Of a stretch of DNA of 64,000 nucleotides, positions 51,858 to 61,422 are shown piece by piece (positions within the stretch are counted from its first letter, which is position 1; each line of letters starts with the position of its first letter). Position numbers and translations under genes: made by a program. Under the pieces are notes generated by a model. The model was not told the origin of the DNA, did not search any database, and saw only the letters and a program-made list of their open reading frames with translations. This DNA is from Dehalococcoidia bacterium (lineage in GTDB: Bacteria > Chloroflexota > Dehalococcoidia > Lucifugimonadales > UBA2985): positions 6,865 through 70,864 of the forward strand of contig CAUZMC010000002.1 in the NCBI GenBank assembly GCA_963580875.1, written 5' to 3'.

Positions 51858-53591
51858 TTGCCTCAGGTATTTTATAGAAAATGGCGTCCTCAATCGCTGA
51901 GCGATGTTATAGGCCAGGATCACGTTACCCGGACTCTAAGACAGGCCGTGATCCAGGGTAGGATAGCTCATGCCTATCTTTTCTGCGGGCCGAGGGGCAC
52001 TGGAAAGACCAGCACGGCGCGCATTCTTGCCAAGGCTATAAATTGCATCAACTCATCTGATGGGGAACCGTGCAACCAGTGTCATCTCTGCGAAGCGGTC
52101 AACGATGGCAGAGCACTGGACATGGTGGAGATAGACGCCGCTAGCCAGCGCCGCATAGACGACGTGCGTAACCTGAGAGAGAAGGTTCATTTCACCCCTG
52201 CTGAATCTACTTACAAGGTCTATATTATCGACGAAGTGCATATGATGACCTCCGAAGCATTCAACGCATTGCTCAAGACACTAGAAGAACCTCCGGCTCA
52301 TGCCATTTTCATCTTGGCCACCACCGAGGCGCACAGCGTCCCTGCAACAGTGGTTTCAAGGTGTCAGCGATTCGACTTCCATCGTATATCACAGGAGCAC
52401 ATTGAGAAACGGCTTACTCAGCTATGCGAAGGCGAAGGAATTGAACACGAACCGCAGGTGCTGAAGTCACTTGCACGCAACGCCTCTGGAAGCTTGCGTG
52501 ATGCCGAAAATCTCCTTGAGCAATTGGTGGTCTCTTGTGACTCAAATATTACCCTGAGTAAGGTGAGGGAGATGCTTGGTCTGGGAGACGACGAAATGTC
52601 ACTTGCTCTGGTGGGCCATATCCTTAGAGGGGAAACACGTGATGGGCTTAGGATCATCAATGTCGTGGCAGACCAGGGATTGGACCTGCGCCGTTTCCAT
52701 CGTCAGCTCGTTGATCAATTGCGGAGCATCTTGCTTATTAGCGCGGGTGCCGGCGAAGCCATAGAGCACACCCATGAAGCCTTGGATACCATGAAAGCAA
52801 TTGCACAGTACTCCACTACTGAACGCATTATAAAGGTAGTTAGGGCATTTGAGCAGGCCTTCCCAAAGCAGGACGGCCCGTCCACCCTGCCTCTGGAATT
52901 GGCGCTTGTGGAGACATCGCTTGATAGTGAATTGGTGCGTCAAACATTATCTTCAAACGTGAGCCGAGAGCCGTTGACAGAAGCACCACAGCCAGCTCAG
53001 AAAACCAAAGAGACGTCCAGAGAAACAAAAAATGAAATTCTATCTGTGACAGAGCCGGTACAGGAAACGGAAGTTCTTGTACCACCTGACGAAGAACCAA
53101 CTGACAGACTTCCGCTCGTAGCGATGACTCTTTCTTCTGCGGAAGAAGTGCCATCACAGAGCAACGAAGGCGCTCAATCTGAGCAAAAATCGCCGATGCC
53201 GCAGGAGATTGTGGATGAGAGCTTGTCGGATTTCCAGTGGGATGCAATTCGCAAGGCCACCAAGAGCCTGAAACCAAATAAATTCAATATAGGCGCATTA
53301 CTATTGGACTGCGTGAAAAGGTACACCGAAGATGGTACCCTTGTGGTGGTGTTCAAGACACGTGCCAATATGGAACGGTTGCAGGGTGAGATGGAGAATC
53401 CAGATACACGTAGGCTGCTAGAAGAGACTGTTGAACATGTGACCGGCACGGCTTATAACCTTCGGTTGAGGCTTGTAGACCAAGCACACACTGAGAGGAG
53501 CGCTCCTATGGGTCATCTTGTAAGGGCTGCACAGGCAATTGGAGCCCGTATTATTGATGAAGTCGAATCAGAGGAGAAATCAAATGAATAA
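51858..53591 (+). CDS. dnaX: DNA polymerase III subunit gamma/tau
   Basis: TTG start. Motifs are YRKWRPQ, HAYLFCGPRGTGKTSTARILAKAINC, the Zn module C..C..C, VYIIDEVHM and SRCQRF. A long acidic/Pro-rich linker and a C-terminal tau-type domain follow. Confidence 0.92.
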   Translation: MPQVFYRKWRPQSLSDVIGQDHVTRTLRQAVIQGRIAHAYLFCGPRGTGKTSTARILAKAINCINSSDGEPCNQCHLCEAVNDGRALDMVEIDAASQRRIDDVRNLREKVHFTPAESTYKVYIIDEVHMMTSEAFNALLKTLEEPPAHAIFILATTEAHSVPATVVSRCQRFDFHRISQEHIEKRLTQLCEGEGIEHEPQVLKSLARNASGSLRDAENLLEQLVVSCDSNITLSKVREMLGLGDDEMSLALVGHILRGETRDGLRIINVVADQGLDLRRFHRQLVDQLRSILLISAGAGEAIEHTHEALDTMKAIAQYSTTERIIKVVRAFEQAFPKQDGPSTLPLELALVETSLDSELVRQTLSSNVSREPLTEAPQPAQKTKETSRETKNEILSVTEPVQETEVLVPPDEEPTDRLPLVAMTLSSAEEVPSQSNEGAQSEQKSPMPQEIVDESLSDFQWDAIRKATKSLKPNKFNIGALLLDCVKRYTEDGTLVVVFKTRANMERLQGEMENPDTRRLLEETVEHVTGTAYNLRLRLVDQAHTERSAPMGHLVRAAQAIGARIIDEVESEEKSNE

Positions 53592-53889
53592 GAATATGCT
53601 ACGTCAAGCCCAGCAGATGCAATCAAAGCTGGCAAAAGCACAGGAAGAGCTGGAGAGCGCGGTGGTGGAAGCTAGCGCCGGTGGAGGCGTTGTGAAGGTG
53701 GTTGTTACTGGGAAACTGAAGATACTGTCAATTGAGATATCACCTGATGCAGTGAATCCGGAAGATGTGGAGATGCTACAGGATCTGGTTATGGCGGCCA
53801 CTAACGAGGCTCTGGATAAGGCACATGATTTGGCACAGAGTAGCCTTAGCGCCATAACTGGAGGCATGAAAATCCCTGGATTTATGTAA
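53584..53889 (+). CDS. ybaB: nucleoid-associated protein YbaB/EbfC
   Basis: The track starts at 53539 inside dnaX. The ATG at 53584 (GAGGAG upstream) gives MNKNMLRQAQQMQSKLAKAQEELE...GGGVVKVVVTG...I.I.P....PED.E.L.DL...A.N.A. Confidence 0.88.
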   Translation: MNKNMLRQAQQMQSKLAKAQEELESAVVEASAGGGVVKVVVTGKLKILSIEISPDAVNPEDVEMLQDLVMAATNEALDKAHDLAQSSLSAITGGMKIPGFM

Positions 53890-53936
53890 TTTCAACCAAG
53901 AAGCCATAAAACCAAAAACTGAGTTTTAATCAACAA

Positions 53937-54551
53937 ATGACCTACGATTTTCTTCCATCGGTTGCTGCACCCCTTGCACGTGTGATACAGGAATTTCACA
54001 AACTCCCTGGTATAGGCCCAAAGAGCGCCCAGCGCCTAGCCTATTACCTTATACGTATGCCGGCAGATGAGGCCCATTCCCTAGCTGAGTCCATTCTTGC
54101 GGTGAAAGAAAAAGTCATATTTTGTGGGGTGTGTCAGAACATTACCGAGATTAGTCCATGCTATCTCTGCTCACATGAGAGTCGAGACAGATCACGCATA
54201 TGCGTGGTAGAAGAACCGCTTGATGTACTTTCCCTAGAGAGGACACAGTCATACAAGGGACTGTATCACGTGCTGCACGGCGTCATATCACCAGCGAGCG
54301 GCATAGGGCCTGAGAACTTGAAGATACGTGAATTGCTGGAACGACTGAAAGACAATAGCGTCTATGAGATAATTCTTGCCACCAACCCAAGCTTAGAGGG
54401 AGAGAGCACCGCAATGTACGTTCATAGGCTTCTTTCACCGCTGGTCTCTCGCGTTACGCGCTTGGCCCGCGGACTCCCGGTTGGCAGTGACCTGGAATAT
54501 GCCGACGAGGTTACATTGAGCCGTGCTTTGGAAGGTCGCCAGGAAGTATAG
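53937..54551 (+). CDS. recR: recombination protein RecR
   Basis: LPGIGPKSAQRLAYYL is the HhH motif and CGVCQNITEISPCYLC is the Zn finger. A Toprim block is ICVVEEPLDVLSLE. Confidence 0.92.
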   Translation: MTYDFLPSVAAPLARVIQEFHKLPGIGPKSAQRLAYYLIRMPADEAHSLAESILAVKEKVIFCGVCQNITEISPCYLCSHESRDRSRICVVEEPLDVLSLERTQSYKGLYHVLHGVISPASGIGPENLKIRELLERLKDNSVYEIILATNPSLEGESTAMYVHRLLSPLVSRVTRLARGLPVGSDLEYADEVTLSRALEGRQEV

Positions 54552-54558
54552 TCTGTTC

Positions 54559-55368
54559 ATGACGACACCGCAGAAGATATATAAAACTGAAGCCATTGTG
54601 CTCAAGCACTTTGCATTTGGAGAGGCGGACTACCTACTGACCCTGTACACTCCCAACGCTGGCAGGTTAAAGGCGGTTGCCAAGGGCGCGAGGAGAGTTA
54701 AAAGTAAGCTGGGAGGTCACATAGAACCGTTAATGCGCACATCTTTTCTCATCACTAGGGGCTATAACTTGGACACAATTAATCAAGCAGAGGTGCTGGA
54801 GGGTCATCGCTCCGTGCGAGAAGACCTGGACAGGCTGTCCATTGCAATTTACATGATGGAATTGGTGGATGCAATGACCCCTGAAGGGCAGTCCAACTAT
54901 CCAATATATAGGCTTCTCACTGAGACTATGCGGTCTCTGGCCGATGACGATTCGCAATTGCTACTGTCCTACTTTCAGCTTCGTCTGTTGGGCTACAGCG
55001 GGTTTATGCCTGAGCTTTACAATTGCGTGGAGTGCGCTTCACTCCTGGAAGAGGGCCATCATCGTTTTGCTCCAGACCAGGGCGGAAGCCTTTGCAACTC
55101 ATGCCACCCATTCAACGTACCAGTTATACCACTCTCTGTGGACACTCTCAAAGTGTTACGCTTCCTTCAGAAAGAGGAGTACACTGGTAGGGTAGAGAGA
55201 CTTCACTTGGAACAGGGAACTCTGTTAGAGTTAGAACGTTTGCTGGAGACAATGTTGCGTCATGTTCTAGACAGAGAAATCAAAGGATCACGGTTTCGAA
55301 ACCAAGTAGCTCATGGGATGAATTGGGAAAGCACTCCAACGTTAACAGAGATAGACGTCAAGGGATAA
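54559..55368 (+). CDS. recO: DNA repair protein RecO
   Basis: The track starts at 54523. The ATG at 54559 gives MTTPQKIYKTEAIVLKHFAFGEADYLLTLYTPNAGRLKAVAKGARR (OB-fold N-terminus). A Cys4 motif is C.EC...........C..C. Confidence 0.85.
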   Translation: MTTPQKIYKTEAIVLKHFAFGEADYLLTLYTPNAGRLKAVAKGARRVKSKLGGHIEPLMRTSFLITRGYNLDTINQAEVLEGHRSVREDLDRLSIAIYMMELVDAMTPEGQSNYPIYRLLTETMRSLADDDSQLLLSYFQLRLLGYSGFMPELYNCVECASLLEEGHHRFAPDQGGSLCNSCHPFNVPVIPLSVDTLKVLRFLQKEEYTGRVERLHLEQGTLLELERLLETMLRHVLDREIKGSRFRNQVAHGMNWESTPTLTEIDVKG

Positions 55369-55372
55369 GCAT

Positions 55373-55870
55373 ATGACTGAAGAGTTTGTAGAGGGATTGT
55401 ATCTTGCGGCCACAGGGATGGGATTGGTATTTCTTACCCTTGTGGTCTTTATGCTTATATTGTTTGCCCTTGGGAAACTCTTTCCTGGTGAAGAGGTTGG
55501 TGAGGATGTCGAAACCAATGGAATTGCCGATGGAGTAAGTGTAACAGATCAAGCCGGGCAGCTCAGTGCTCAATCGGGTTTTGCTGCTGTTGTTGCTCAG
55601 CAACCGTCAGCGGTCTCTGTAGGTTCTGGAGACGGCAGAATACCAGGTGCGAAAATAGCTGCAATTGCCGTATCCATGTATCTGGCAACTGAGCAAGAAG
55701 AAAGAGTATTGAGGGCTCCTGCTCCGGCCGCGACTATGAATCTATCCGATGCCACCAGCGTTTGGGCAACCCTGGGCAGAAACTCCCTCATGGAGAATCA
55801 GGGACGCCGACCTCAGTCATACAATCAGAAGAGCCACAGCGCATATTCTCCAAGAACCGGGTTGAGGTAG
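55373..55870 (+). CDS. OadG-like gamma subunit of a Na+-translocating decarboxylase, with a long C-terminal extension
   Basis: An N-terminal single TM with the OadG pattern (GLYLAATGMGLVFLTLVVFMLILFALGKLF). At 165 aa it is about twice the usual length. It lies directly upstream of the beta subunit. Confidence 0.65.
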   Translation: MTEEFVEGLYLAATGMGLVFLTLVVFMLILFALGKLFPGEEVGEDVETNGIADGVSVTDQAGQLSAQSGFAAVVAQQPSAVSVGSGDGRIPGAKIAAIAVSMYLATEQEERVLRAPAPAATMNLSDATSVWATLGRNSLMENQGRRPQSYNQKSHSAYSPRTGLR

Positions 55871-55876
55871 TAAACT

Positions 55877-56983
55877 ATGCCTGATCAGTTTTTGGGAGCC
55901 TTTCCAGACATTACAGTTAGCGGCGTTGTTATGATTGTAATCGCCCTGGGCATGATGTATTTGGGGGTGGCTAGGAAATACGAGCCACTACTTCTTTTGC
56001 CAATAGGGATTGGTGTTTTGCTTGCTAATTTACCGTCTACTGGAATGGCCGAAGACGATGGGTTTCTCGGGCTGCTGAGACATGCTGGGTTGGACAATGA
56101 GTTGTTTCCATTGCTGATGTTCCTTGGAATTGGCGCTCTCACTGATTTCACCCCAATGCTCCGGAATCCTGTCACGGTACTTCTTGGAGCCGCTGCACAG
56201 TTCGGCATTTTTGCAGCGTTCATAGCTGCATTGCTGTTGGGATGGGATATGAGTAACGCGGGAGCCATCGGTATCATAGGTTCCGCTGATGGTCCAACCA
56301 CAATTTTCGTTTCTACCCAGCTGGCAGACGTGGAACTTTGGGCTCCCATAGCTGTAGCTGCTTACTCCTATATGGCAATGGTACCCTTAATACAGCCTCC
56401 AATAATGCGATTATTGACCACAAAAAAAGAGAGACTGGTCAAGATGCACTATCCCTCACGTGTAGCTTCCTACAAGGCCCGTGTTCTTTTCCCGATAATC
56501 GTCATTATTCTGGCCAGCCTTATAGCTCCAAAAGCCGCACCATTGGTCGGTATGCTTATGTTCGGAAATCTCCTGAGGGAGGTTGGCGTGGTTGATCGGC
56601 TTGCAAAGGCTGCACAGAATGAACTGATAAATATCACCACCATATTTTTGGGTTTGACTGTCGGTTCTACTATGACAGCCGACCGATTTCTGGATACAGG
56701 GACACTTGGTATATTTGCCCTTGGGCTATTTTCGTTTGGTATAGCCACTTTCTCGGGAGTCCTGTTTGGGAAAATCATGTACTATGCTTCCAATGGAAAG
56801 ATAAATCCGCTCATAGGTGCTGCCGGAGTGTCGGCCGTACCTATGAGCGCCAGAGTGGTGCACAAAATAGGTCGTGATGAAGACCCGGATAACTGGCTGA
56901 TAATGCACGCCATGGGACCAAACGTGGCAGGTGTGCTTGGCTCGGCCATTGCCGGAGGAGTGATACTGGAAACGCTCCTTTAG
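55877..56983 (+). CDS. sodium-ion-translocating decarboxylase beta subunit (OadB/MmdB/GcdB family)
   Basis: It is colinear with Klebsiella OadB as I recall it: YEPLLLLPIGIG, GIGALTDFTPMLRNP, LLGAAAQFGIF, IGSADGPT, VAAYSYMAMVPLIQPPIM, FGNLLRE.GVV.RL, INPLIGAAGVSAVPM.ARV, MHAMGPNVAGV.GSAIA. Confidence 0.9.
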   Translation: MPDQFLGAFPDITVSGVVMIVIALGMMYLGVARKYEPLLLLPIGIGVLLANLPSTGMAEDDGFLGLLRHAGLDNELFPLLMFLGIGALTDFTPMLRNPVTVLLGAAAQFGIFAAFIAALLLGWDMSNAGAIGIIGSADGPTTIFVSTQLADVELWAPIAVAAYSYMAMVPLIQPPIMRLLTTKKERLVKMHYPSRVASYKARVLFPIIVIILASLIAPKAAPLVGMLMFGNLLREVGVVDRLAKAAQNELINITTIFLGLTVGSTMTADRFLDTGTLGIFALGLFSFGIATFSGVLFGKIMYYASNGKINPLIGAAGVSAVPMSARVVHKIGRDEDPDNWLIMHAMGPNVAGVLGSAIAGGVILETLL

Positions 56984-57077
56984 TTGCATCTGGTGGTTGT
57001 ATTTGGGTTTGGCTGATTCATTTTCGGCACCTTAGAGATATAAGCGGTTAATCCGGCACGATTGATAGATATTACCA

Positions 57078-57950
57078 ATGAACTTCACCGAGTTGTACAA
57101 CACCGGACGCCAGGCCATCTCATTTGAGTTGTTTCCTCCGAGGACAGCGAGAACACTGGCAGAACTAGAAGAGCGACTGACAAGGCTCATCGCTCTTGGC
57201 CCTTCACTCATGACAGTGACCTATGGAGCACTTGGTAGCACTCAAGAGCGCACTCTGGAAATTGCCTCCAAGATAAAGAATGAATACGGCATTGAAACGG
57301 CCCACCATCTCACATGTGTGGGGTCAAACCGCGACGAGATTGAACTTATACTGGACGATATTCGAAAGCATAACATTGAAAATATCGTCGCACTTCGTGG
57401 AGATCCTCCCAAAGGTGAGGCGGAGTTTACTCCGCCCAAGGACGGTTACACAAATGGCAATCAGCTTGTAGAGCACATAAGCCGTTACGGCGGATTTGGT
57501 ATCGCTGTGGCAGGCTATCCTGAGAAACACCTAGAAGCCGTAGATTTCGAGACGGACCTCAGTAATCTCAAACGAAAGGTGGATAGCGGTGCTGACGTGG
57601 TAATTACCCAGCTATATTACGACAATCGCAACTTCTATGATTTCGTGGAGCGGTGCAGGTCAATTGGTATTGATAAACCTATCATACCCGGTCTCATGCC
57701 AATATTGAACTTGGGGCAGATCAAGAGAATCACCAGTATGTGCGGTGCAACCATACCGATAGGACTTCTACGACAACTTGAGGACGCAGGGAATGATGAG
57801 GCTCGTGTACATGAAATTGGGATAACCCATACTGCAAATCAGGCCATTGACCTGTTGAAGCATGGTGTCCCTGGCATTCATTTTTACGTGTTAAACCGCC
57901 ATTTCCACATCGCTGAGATTATGGAGCGTATCAAGCCTGCGTTGAAGTGA
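57078..57950 (+). CDS. metF: methylenetetrahydrofolate reductase
   Basis: ISFELFPPRT, VTYGALGST, HLTCVG, IVALRGDPP, GYPEKH, ITQLYYD. Confidence 0.9.
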   Translation: MNFTELYNTGRQAISFELFPPRTARTLAELEERLTRLIALGPSLMTVTYGALGSTQERTLEIASKIKNEYGIETAHHLTCVGSNRDEIELILDDIRKHNIENIVALRGDPPKGEAEFTPPKDGYTNGNQLVEHISRYGGFGIAVAGYPEKHLEAVDFETDLSNLKRKVDSGADVVITQLYYDNRNFYDFVERCRSIGIDKPIIPGLMPILNLGQIKRITSMCGATIPIGLLRQLEDAGNDEARVHEIGITHTANQAIDLLKHGVPGIHFYVLNRHFHIAEIMERIKPALK

Positions 57951-58154
57951 GCTTGGGACTTGATGTTTTGGCAGTGGAGATTTCTACCAGGTCCATGATA
58001 ATCTGTTTATCAGATTCACCGATGGACCAGCTCGAGCCGGCCGGGGTATCAGCTACACAGATAACTCTGTTGTAGACCATAGAACTCCATAGACATGCAA
58101 CAATGCCACCCGCCAATCACAGCATTCTCAATAGAAGGAAATTATACATCCTTG

Positions 58155-58186
58155 CTCACAGTGTCTACATATATAGACACTGTGAG
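58155..58186. terminator. perfect 13-bp-stem hairpin between convergent metF and the phosphoesterase gene
   Basis: CTCACAGTGTCTA-CATATA-TAGACACTGTGAG. It lies 16 nt beyond the stop of the minus-strand gene. There is no T-tract on either side. Confidence 0.45.
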
Positions 58187-58201
58187 AGGTTGGGAAAGTT
58201 C

Positions 58202-58759
58202 CTAGTCAAGCTTGGAAAGGTCTACAAGCCTGACATTTCTGCTGCCAGGAGATAGATCCAGTACAGCTACAGTGCCTGGCATAACCCTCTGATTTGGCCA
58301 TGTTGCGCTTCCCGGGTTGATGAATAGTATGCCGTCATGTTCCTCTATGACACTGATGTGGGAGAAGCCATATACCACTATGTCAACTGGTCTGCCGAAT
58401 ATCTTGGCTATGGCATCTGGGAGAGAGGCGTCTGATGGAAACTTCGCGTCTATGACTCCGGGAAGTACCTCCAGCGCTAGCATGTTGGGAATAGACAGCT
58501 CCTGTACGAGTCCGATTGTAAAGCCCTCTGCTTCCACCACACGATCATGTTCTGCGACCCTGGAATCCCCTGTGAACTGTCGTTCGGCGCCAGTTTCCAC
58601 TGCCTTTACCGGCGCTATTTCTTCCAAGTAGTCCAGGCAAGAGGGAATGAGGATATCTCCAGCGTGGAGTATGAGGTCTACTCCCTCAAAAGCAACTTTC
58701 ACCTTGGGTGAGAGCTCTGCCGATGGAACCTGTGTGTCTGCGATGAGTCCGATTTTCAT
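58202..58759 (-). CDS. YfcE/MJ0936-family metallophosphoesterase
   Basis: MKIGLIADTQVP, DLILHAGDI, GFSHI, INPGS. The protein is 185 aa. Confidence 0.82.
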   Translation of the reverse strand: MKIGLIADTQVPSAELSPKVKVAFEGVDLILHAGDILIPSCLDYLEEIAPVKAVETGAERQFTGDSRVAEHDRVVEAEGFTIGLVQELSIPNMLALEVLPGVIDAKFPSDASLPDAIAKIFGRPVDIVVYGFSHISVIEEHDGILFINPGSATWPNQRVMPGTVAVLDLSPGSRNVRLVDLSKLD

Positions 58760-59085
58760 AGTAGGATGTCCTTTCTACGTCTGGTGAACTGAATGCCCAA
58801 TGTATCCGTATGCCAGGAACATGCCTGCATTGGATTAACGGGATTGTATGGTCATACCATAGCCTAGTCAACCAATAAATACCACAATACTTGGAGGTGA
58901 TTTGGCATATATTGAGATCTACATTTTTTTAGAAGATAAGGTTATTGAAATAATTAATAGATGCAAAAGGCATAACGTGTGGGGTTCCTGTGATTTAAAT
59001 CTAAAAAGTTTGTGGACTTTTGTTAGAAATGACTTAGCTCAATCAGTTTAATCACCGATTGATTGTAAATGTAATTACCATGTTA

Positions 59086-59114
59086 TTGAAGTTGCACTGG
59101 GGCACTGATACAAT
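59086..59114 (+). promoter_or_regulatory. candidate promoter for tRNA-Ala(CGC)
   Basis: TTGAAG (59086-91), a 17-nt spacer, then TACAAT (59109-14). The tRNA starts 20 nt later. Confidence 0.35.
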
Positions 59115-59133
59115 TTAGAACGTATGGGCGATC

Positions 59134-59206
59134 GGGGATATAGCTCAATTGGGAGAGCGCGGCGTTCGCAATGCCGAGGTTGGGGGTTCGAGCCCCCCTA
59201 TCTCCA
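59134..59206 (+). tRNA. tRNA-Ala (anticodon CGC)
   Basis: Acceptor is GGGGATA/TATCTCC with G3:U70, anticodon stem CGGCG/TGCCG with loop TTCGCAA, T-arm GGGGG-TTCGAGC-CCCCC. No CCA is encoded. Confidence 0.9.
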
Positions 59207-59258
59207 CCGCACTGGTCCTAATGCAACCATCGCCTGAGTGGTAAAGGTTTTTGGTTAT

Positions 59259-60407
59259 ATGAAAATCATCATCGCTCCGCAGGCATTTAAGGGCACGGCG
59301 TCCGCTTCCGTAGTTGCCGATTGCATGTGCCGGGGCGTGCTTCTGTCAATGCCATATGCCGATGTTATCACCATCCCAGTTGCGGATGGTGGAAACGGCA
59401 CTGTTGAAGCTTTGGTGACTGCCACAGGTGGCCGTTATATTACTTCTCTCGTTTGCGATCCTTTGGGCCGCCCAATTACAGCTCGTTGGGGCGTGTTGGG
59501 CGATGGCGAGACGGCGGTTATAGAATCCTCGGCTTCTTCCGGCCTGGCTCTTCTCGAAGCATACGAACGCGACCCGACAAAGACCACGACCAGAGGGATC
59601 GGCAATCTGCTCAAGGATGCCCTAGATGCAGGTTATAGGCATATACTGATTGGTCTCGGTGATAGTGCCACAAACGATGCCGGGATTGGTATGGCTCAAG
59701 CTATTGGCATCAAGGCTCTGGATAGTGAGGGCATTGATATTCCAGATGGCGGAACAGCTTTGATTGAGCTCCATTCCCTGGATTTTAAAGATGCTCATCC
59801 TGGCCTCTCATCTTCTACGATAACGGTGCTTTGTGATGTTACCAACCCTCTTTATGGACTGAACGGTGCATCTGTCATTTTTGGTCCGCAGAAGGGAGCT
59901 GATGCCATGCAGGTTTTGCTTCTGGACGCCGCTTTAGAGCACTTCTCAGATGTAGTTGAAGAACAGATGGGATGCAACGTGAAGGACATTTCTGGAGCAG
60001 GAGCGGCTGGTGGGCTGGGAGCTGGACTTGTGGCCTTCTGTGGAGCGGTGTTGAGGCCAGGTTTCGAGGTCATCAGCAATGTTCTTAACCTTACGGAATT
60101 GATGAATGAAGCAGATATTGTCCTTACAGGAGAGGGTCGTATAGATGCACAGACCGGCGGGGGCAAAGGAGTTGCTGGTGTTGCGGCTCTTGCAAAAGAG
60201 CAGGGAGTTCCTTTGGTTGCCGCGATTGTCGGAAGTAACGGACTTGACGCGAATGAAGCGGCTACTCTTGGAATTGATGTAGTATTTGAACTGTCAGGTA
60301 AATCTGATAAGTCAATCGCCGATGCGGAGGCCACTCCGCATCTAATTGAAGCAGCTACTGCACGTGCTGTTGTCAGTCTTCTCAATTGGAGTAGCAATGA
60401 CTTCTGA
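59259..60407 (+). CDS. glycerate kinase (GlxK/GarK family)
   Basis: The track starts at 59238; the ATG at 59259 gives MKIIIAPQAFKGT.S. Further motifs are PVADGG.GT, LIGLGDSATNDAG.G, GAGAAGGLGAG and VLTGEGRID.QT..GK. Confidence 0.88.
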   Translation: MKIIIAPQAFKGTASASVVADCMCRGVLLSMPYADVITIPVADGGNGTVEALVTATGGRYITSLVCDPLGRPITARWGVLGDGETAVIESSASSGLALLEAYERDPTKTTTRGIGNLLKDALDAGYRHILIGLGDSATNDAGIGMAQAIGIKALDSEGIDIPDGGTALIELHSLDFKDAHPGLSSSTITVLCDVTNPLYGLNGASVIFGPQKGADAMQVLLLDAALEHFSDVVEEQMGCNVKDISGAGAAGGLGAGLVAFCGAVLRPGFEVISNVLNLTELMNEADIVLTGEGRIDAQTGGGKGVAGVAALAKEQGVPLVAAIVGSNGLDANEAATLGIDVVFELSGKSDKSIADAEATPHLIEAATARAVVSLLNWSSNDF

Positions 60408-61374
60408 AAAACAGCGCGTGTTTGTCACACGGAGATTGCCGCAAGAAATCCTGGATAGGTTAAATGAACACTTTGATGTCGATCTATGGGACAGCGATCT
60501 TCCTCCGGACGCGGGTAATCTTCGTGAACGTGTGGCGAATGCCGACGGTATTTTTTGCCTACTAACAGATAAAATAGATGCTGATCTTCTATCCGCAGTG
60601 CCTTCCTTGCGGGTTGTCAGCAATATGGCAGTCGGTACAGATAACATAGATATTGTTGCAGCGACGGCGCGTGGAATACCAGTTGGCAATACTCCGGGTG
60701 TCCTGACGGAAACTACAGCGGATTTTGCTTTTGCGCTTATAATGGCTACTGCACGGCGTATTGTTGACGGCGATAAGTATATCCGTACAGGTCAGTGGAA
60801 GACTTGGGGCCCGAACGTGCTGTTGGGTCGGGACCTGTTTGGTGCAACACTTGGAATTGTCGGGTTCGGTGCCATTGGTCAGGCAGTGGCACGCAGAGCG
60901 CAGGGGTTTTCCATGCGTGTTATCTATACGCGCCGTTCTCCTGTACCGCCGCCACCTGGCGTGGATGCCACATCAGTGTCACTGGTCCAACTGCTTCAAG
61001 AATCAGACTTTATCTCTCTCCACGTTCCACTCACAGACGAGACGCGGCAGATGATTGGTTCGCGTGAGATGTCGATGATGAAGGACACATCCATTCTTGT
61101 GAATACGGCGCGTGGCGGGATAGTAGACCAAACGGCACTTGTGGATGCGCTTAAAAAGGGACGACCTGCAATGGCTGCGTTGGATGTAACGGCTGTTGAA
61201 CCCATCGATTCACAAGATGATCTCCTAACTCTGTCTAATGTCGTAATCACTCCCCACATTGCCAGTGCCAGCGTGGTTACCCGGCTTCTTATGGCCCATA
61301 TGGCAGTTGATAATTTGGTGGCTGGCCTATCTGGCGTGCCACTACCCAACTGTGCTAACCCGTATGTTTATTAG
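60397..61374 (+). CDS. D-isomer-specific 2-hydroxyacid dehydrogenase (glyoxylate/hydroxypyruvate reductase-like)
   Basis: The track starts at 60346. The ATG at 60397 (MTSEKQRVFVTRRLP) overlaps the glycerate kinase end by 11 nt. The NAD motif is LGIVGFGAIGQAVARR, and the catalytic blocks are NTARGGIVD and PHIASAS. Confidence 0.85.
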   Translation: MTSEKQRVFVTRRLPQEILDRLNEHFDVDLWDSDLPPDAGNLRERVANADGIFCLLTDKIDADLLSAVPSLRVVSNMAVGTDNIDIVAATARGIPVGNTPGVLTETTADFAFALIMATARRIVDGDKYIRTGQWKTWGPNVLLGRDLFGATLGIVGFGAIGQAVARRAQGFSMRVIYTRRSPVPPPPGVDATSVSLVQLLQESDFISLHVPLTDETRQMIGSREMSMMKDTSILVNTARGGIVDQTALVDALKKGRPAMAALDVTAVEPIDSQDDLLTLSNVVITPHIASASVVTRLLMAHMAVDNLVAGLSGVPLPNCANPYVY

Positions 61375-61422
61375 GTGTGAAAGAATCGTAGTTTGTCATA
61401 CATTAGAGGTGCAAATATCTGG

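Noticed and set aside
3336-59206. 3' CCA encoding is mixed among the five tRNAs. It is encoded in tRNA-Gly and tRNA-Leu, and absent in tRNA-Phe and both tRNA-Ala genes.
   Set aside because: This is real but ordinary, since many bacteria with a CCA-adding enzyme show mixed encoding. It is not worth a separate finding.
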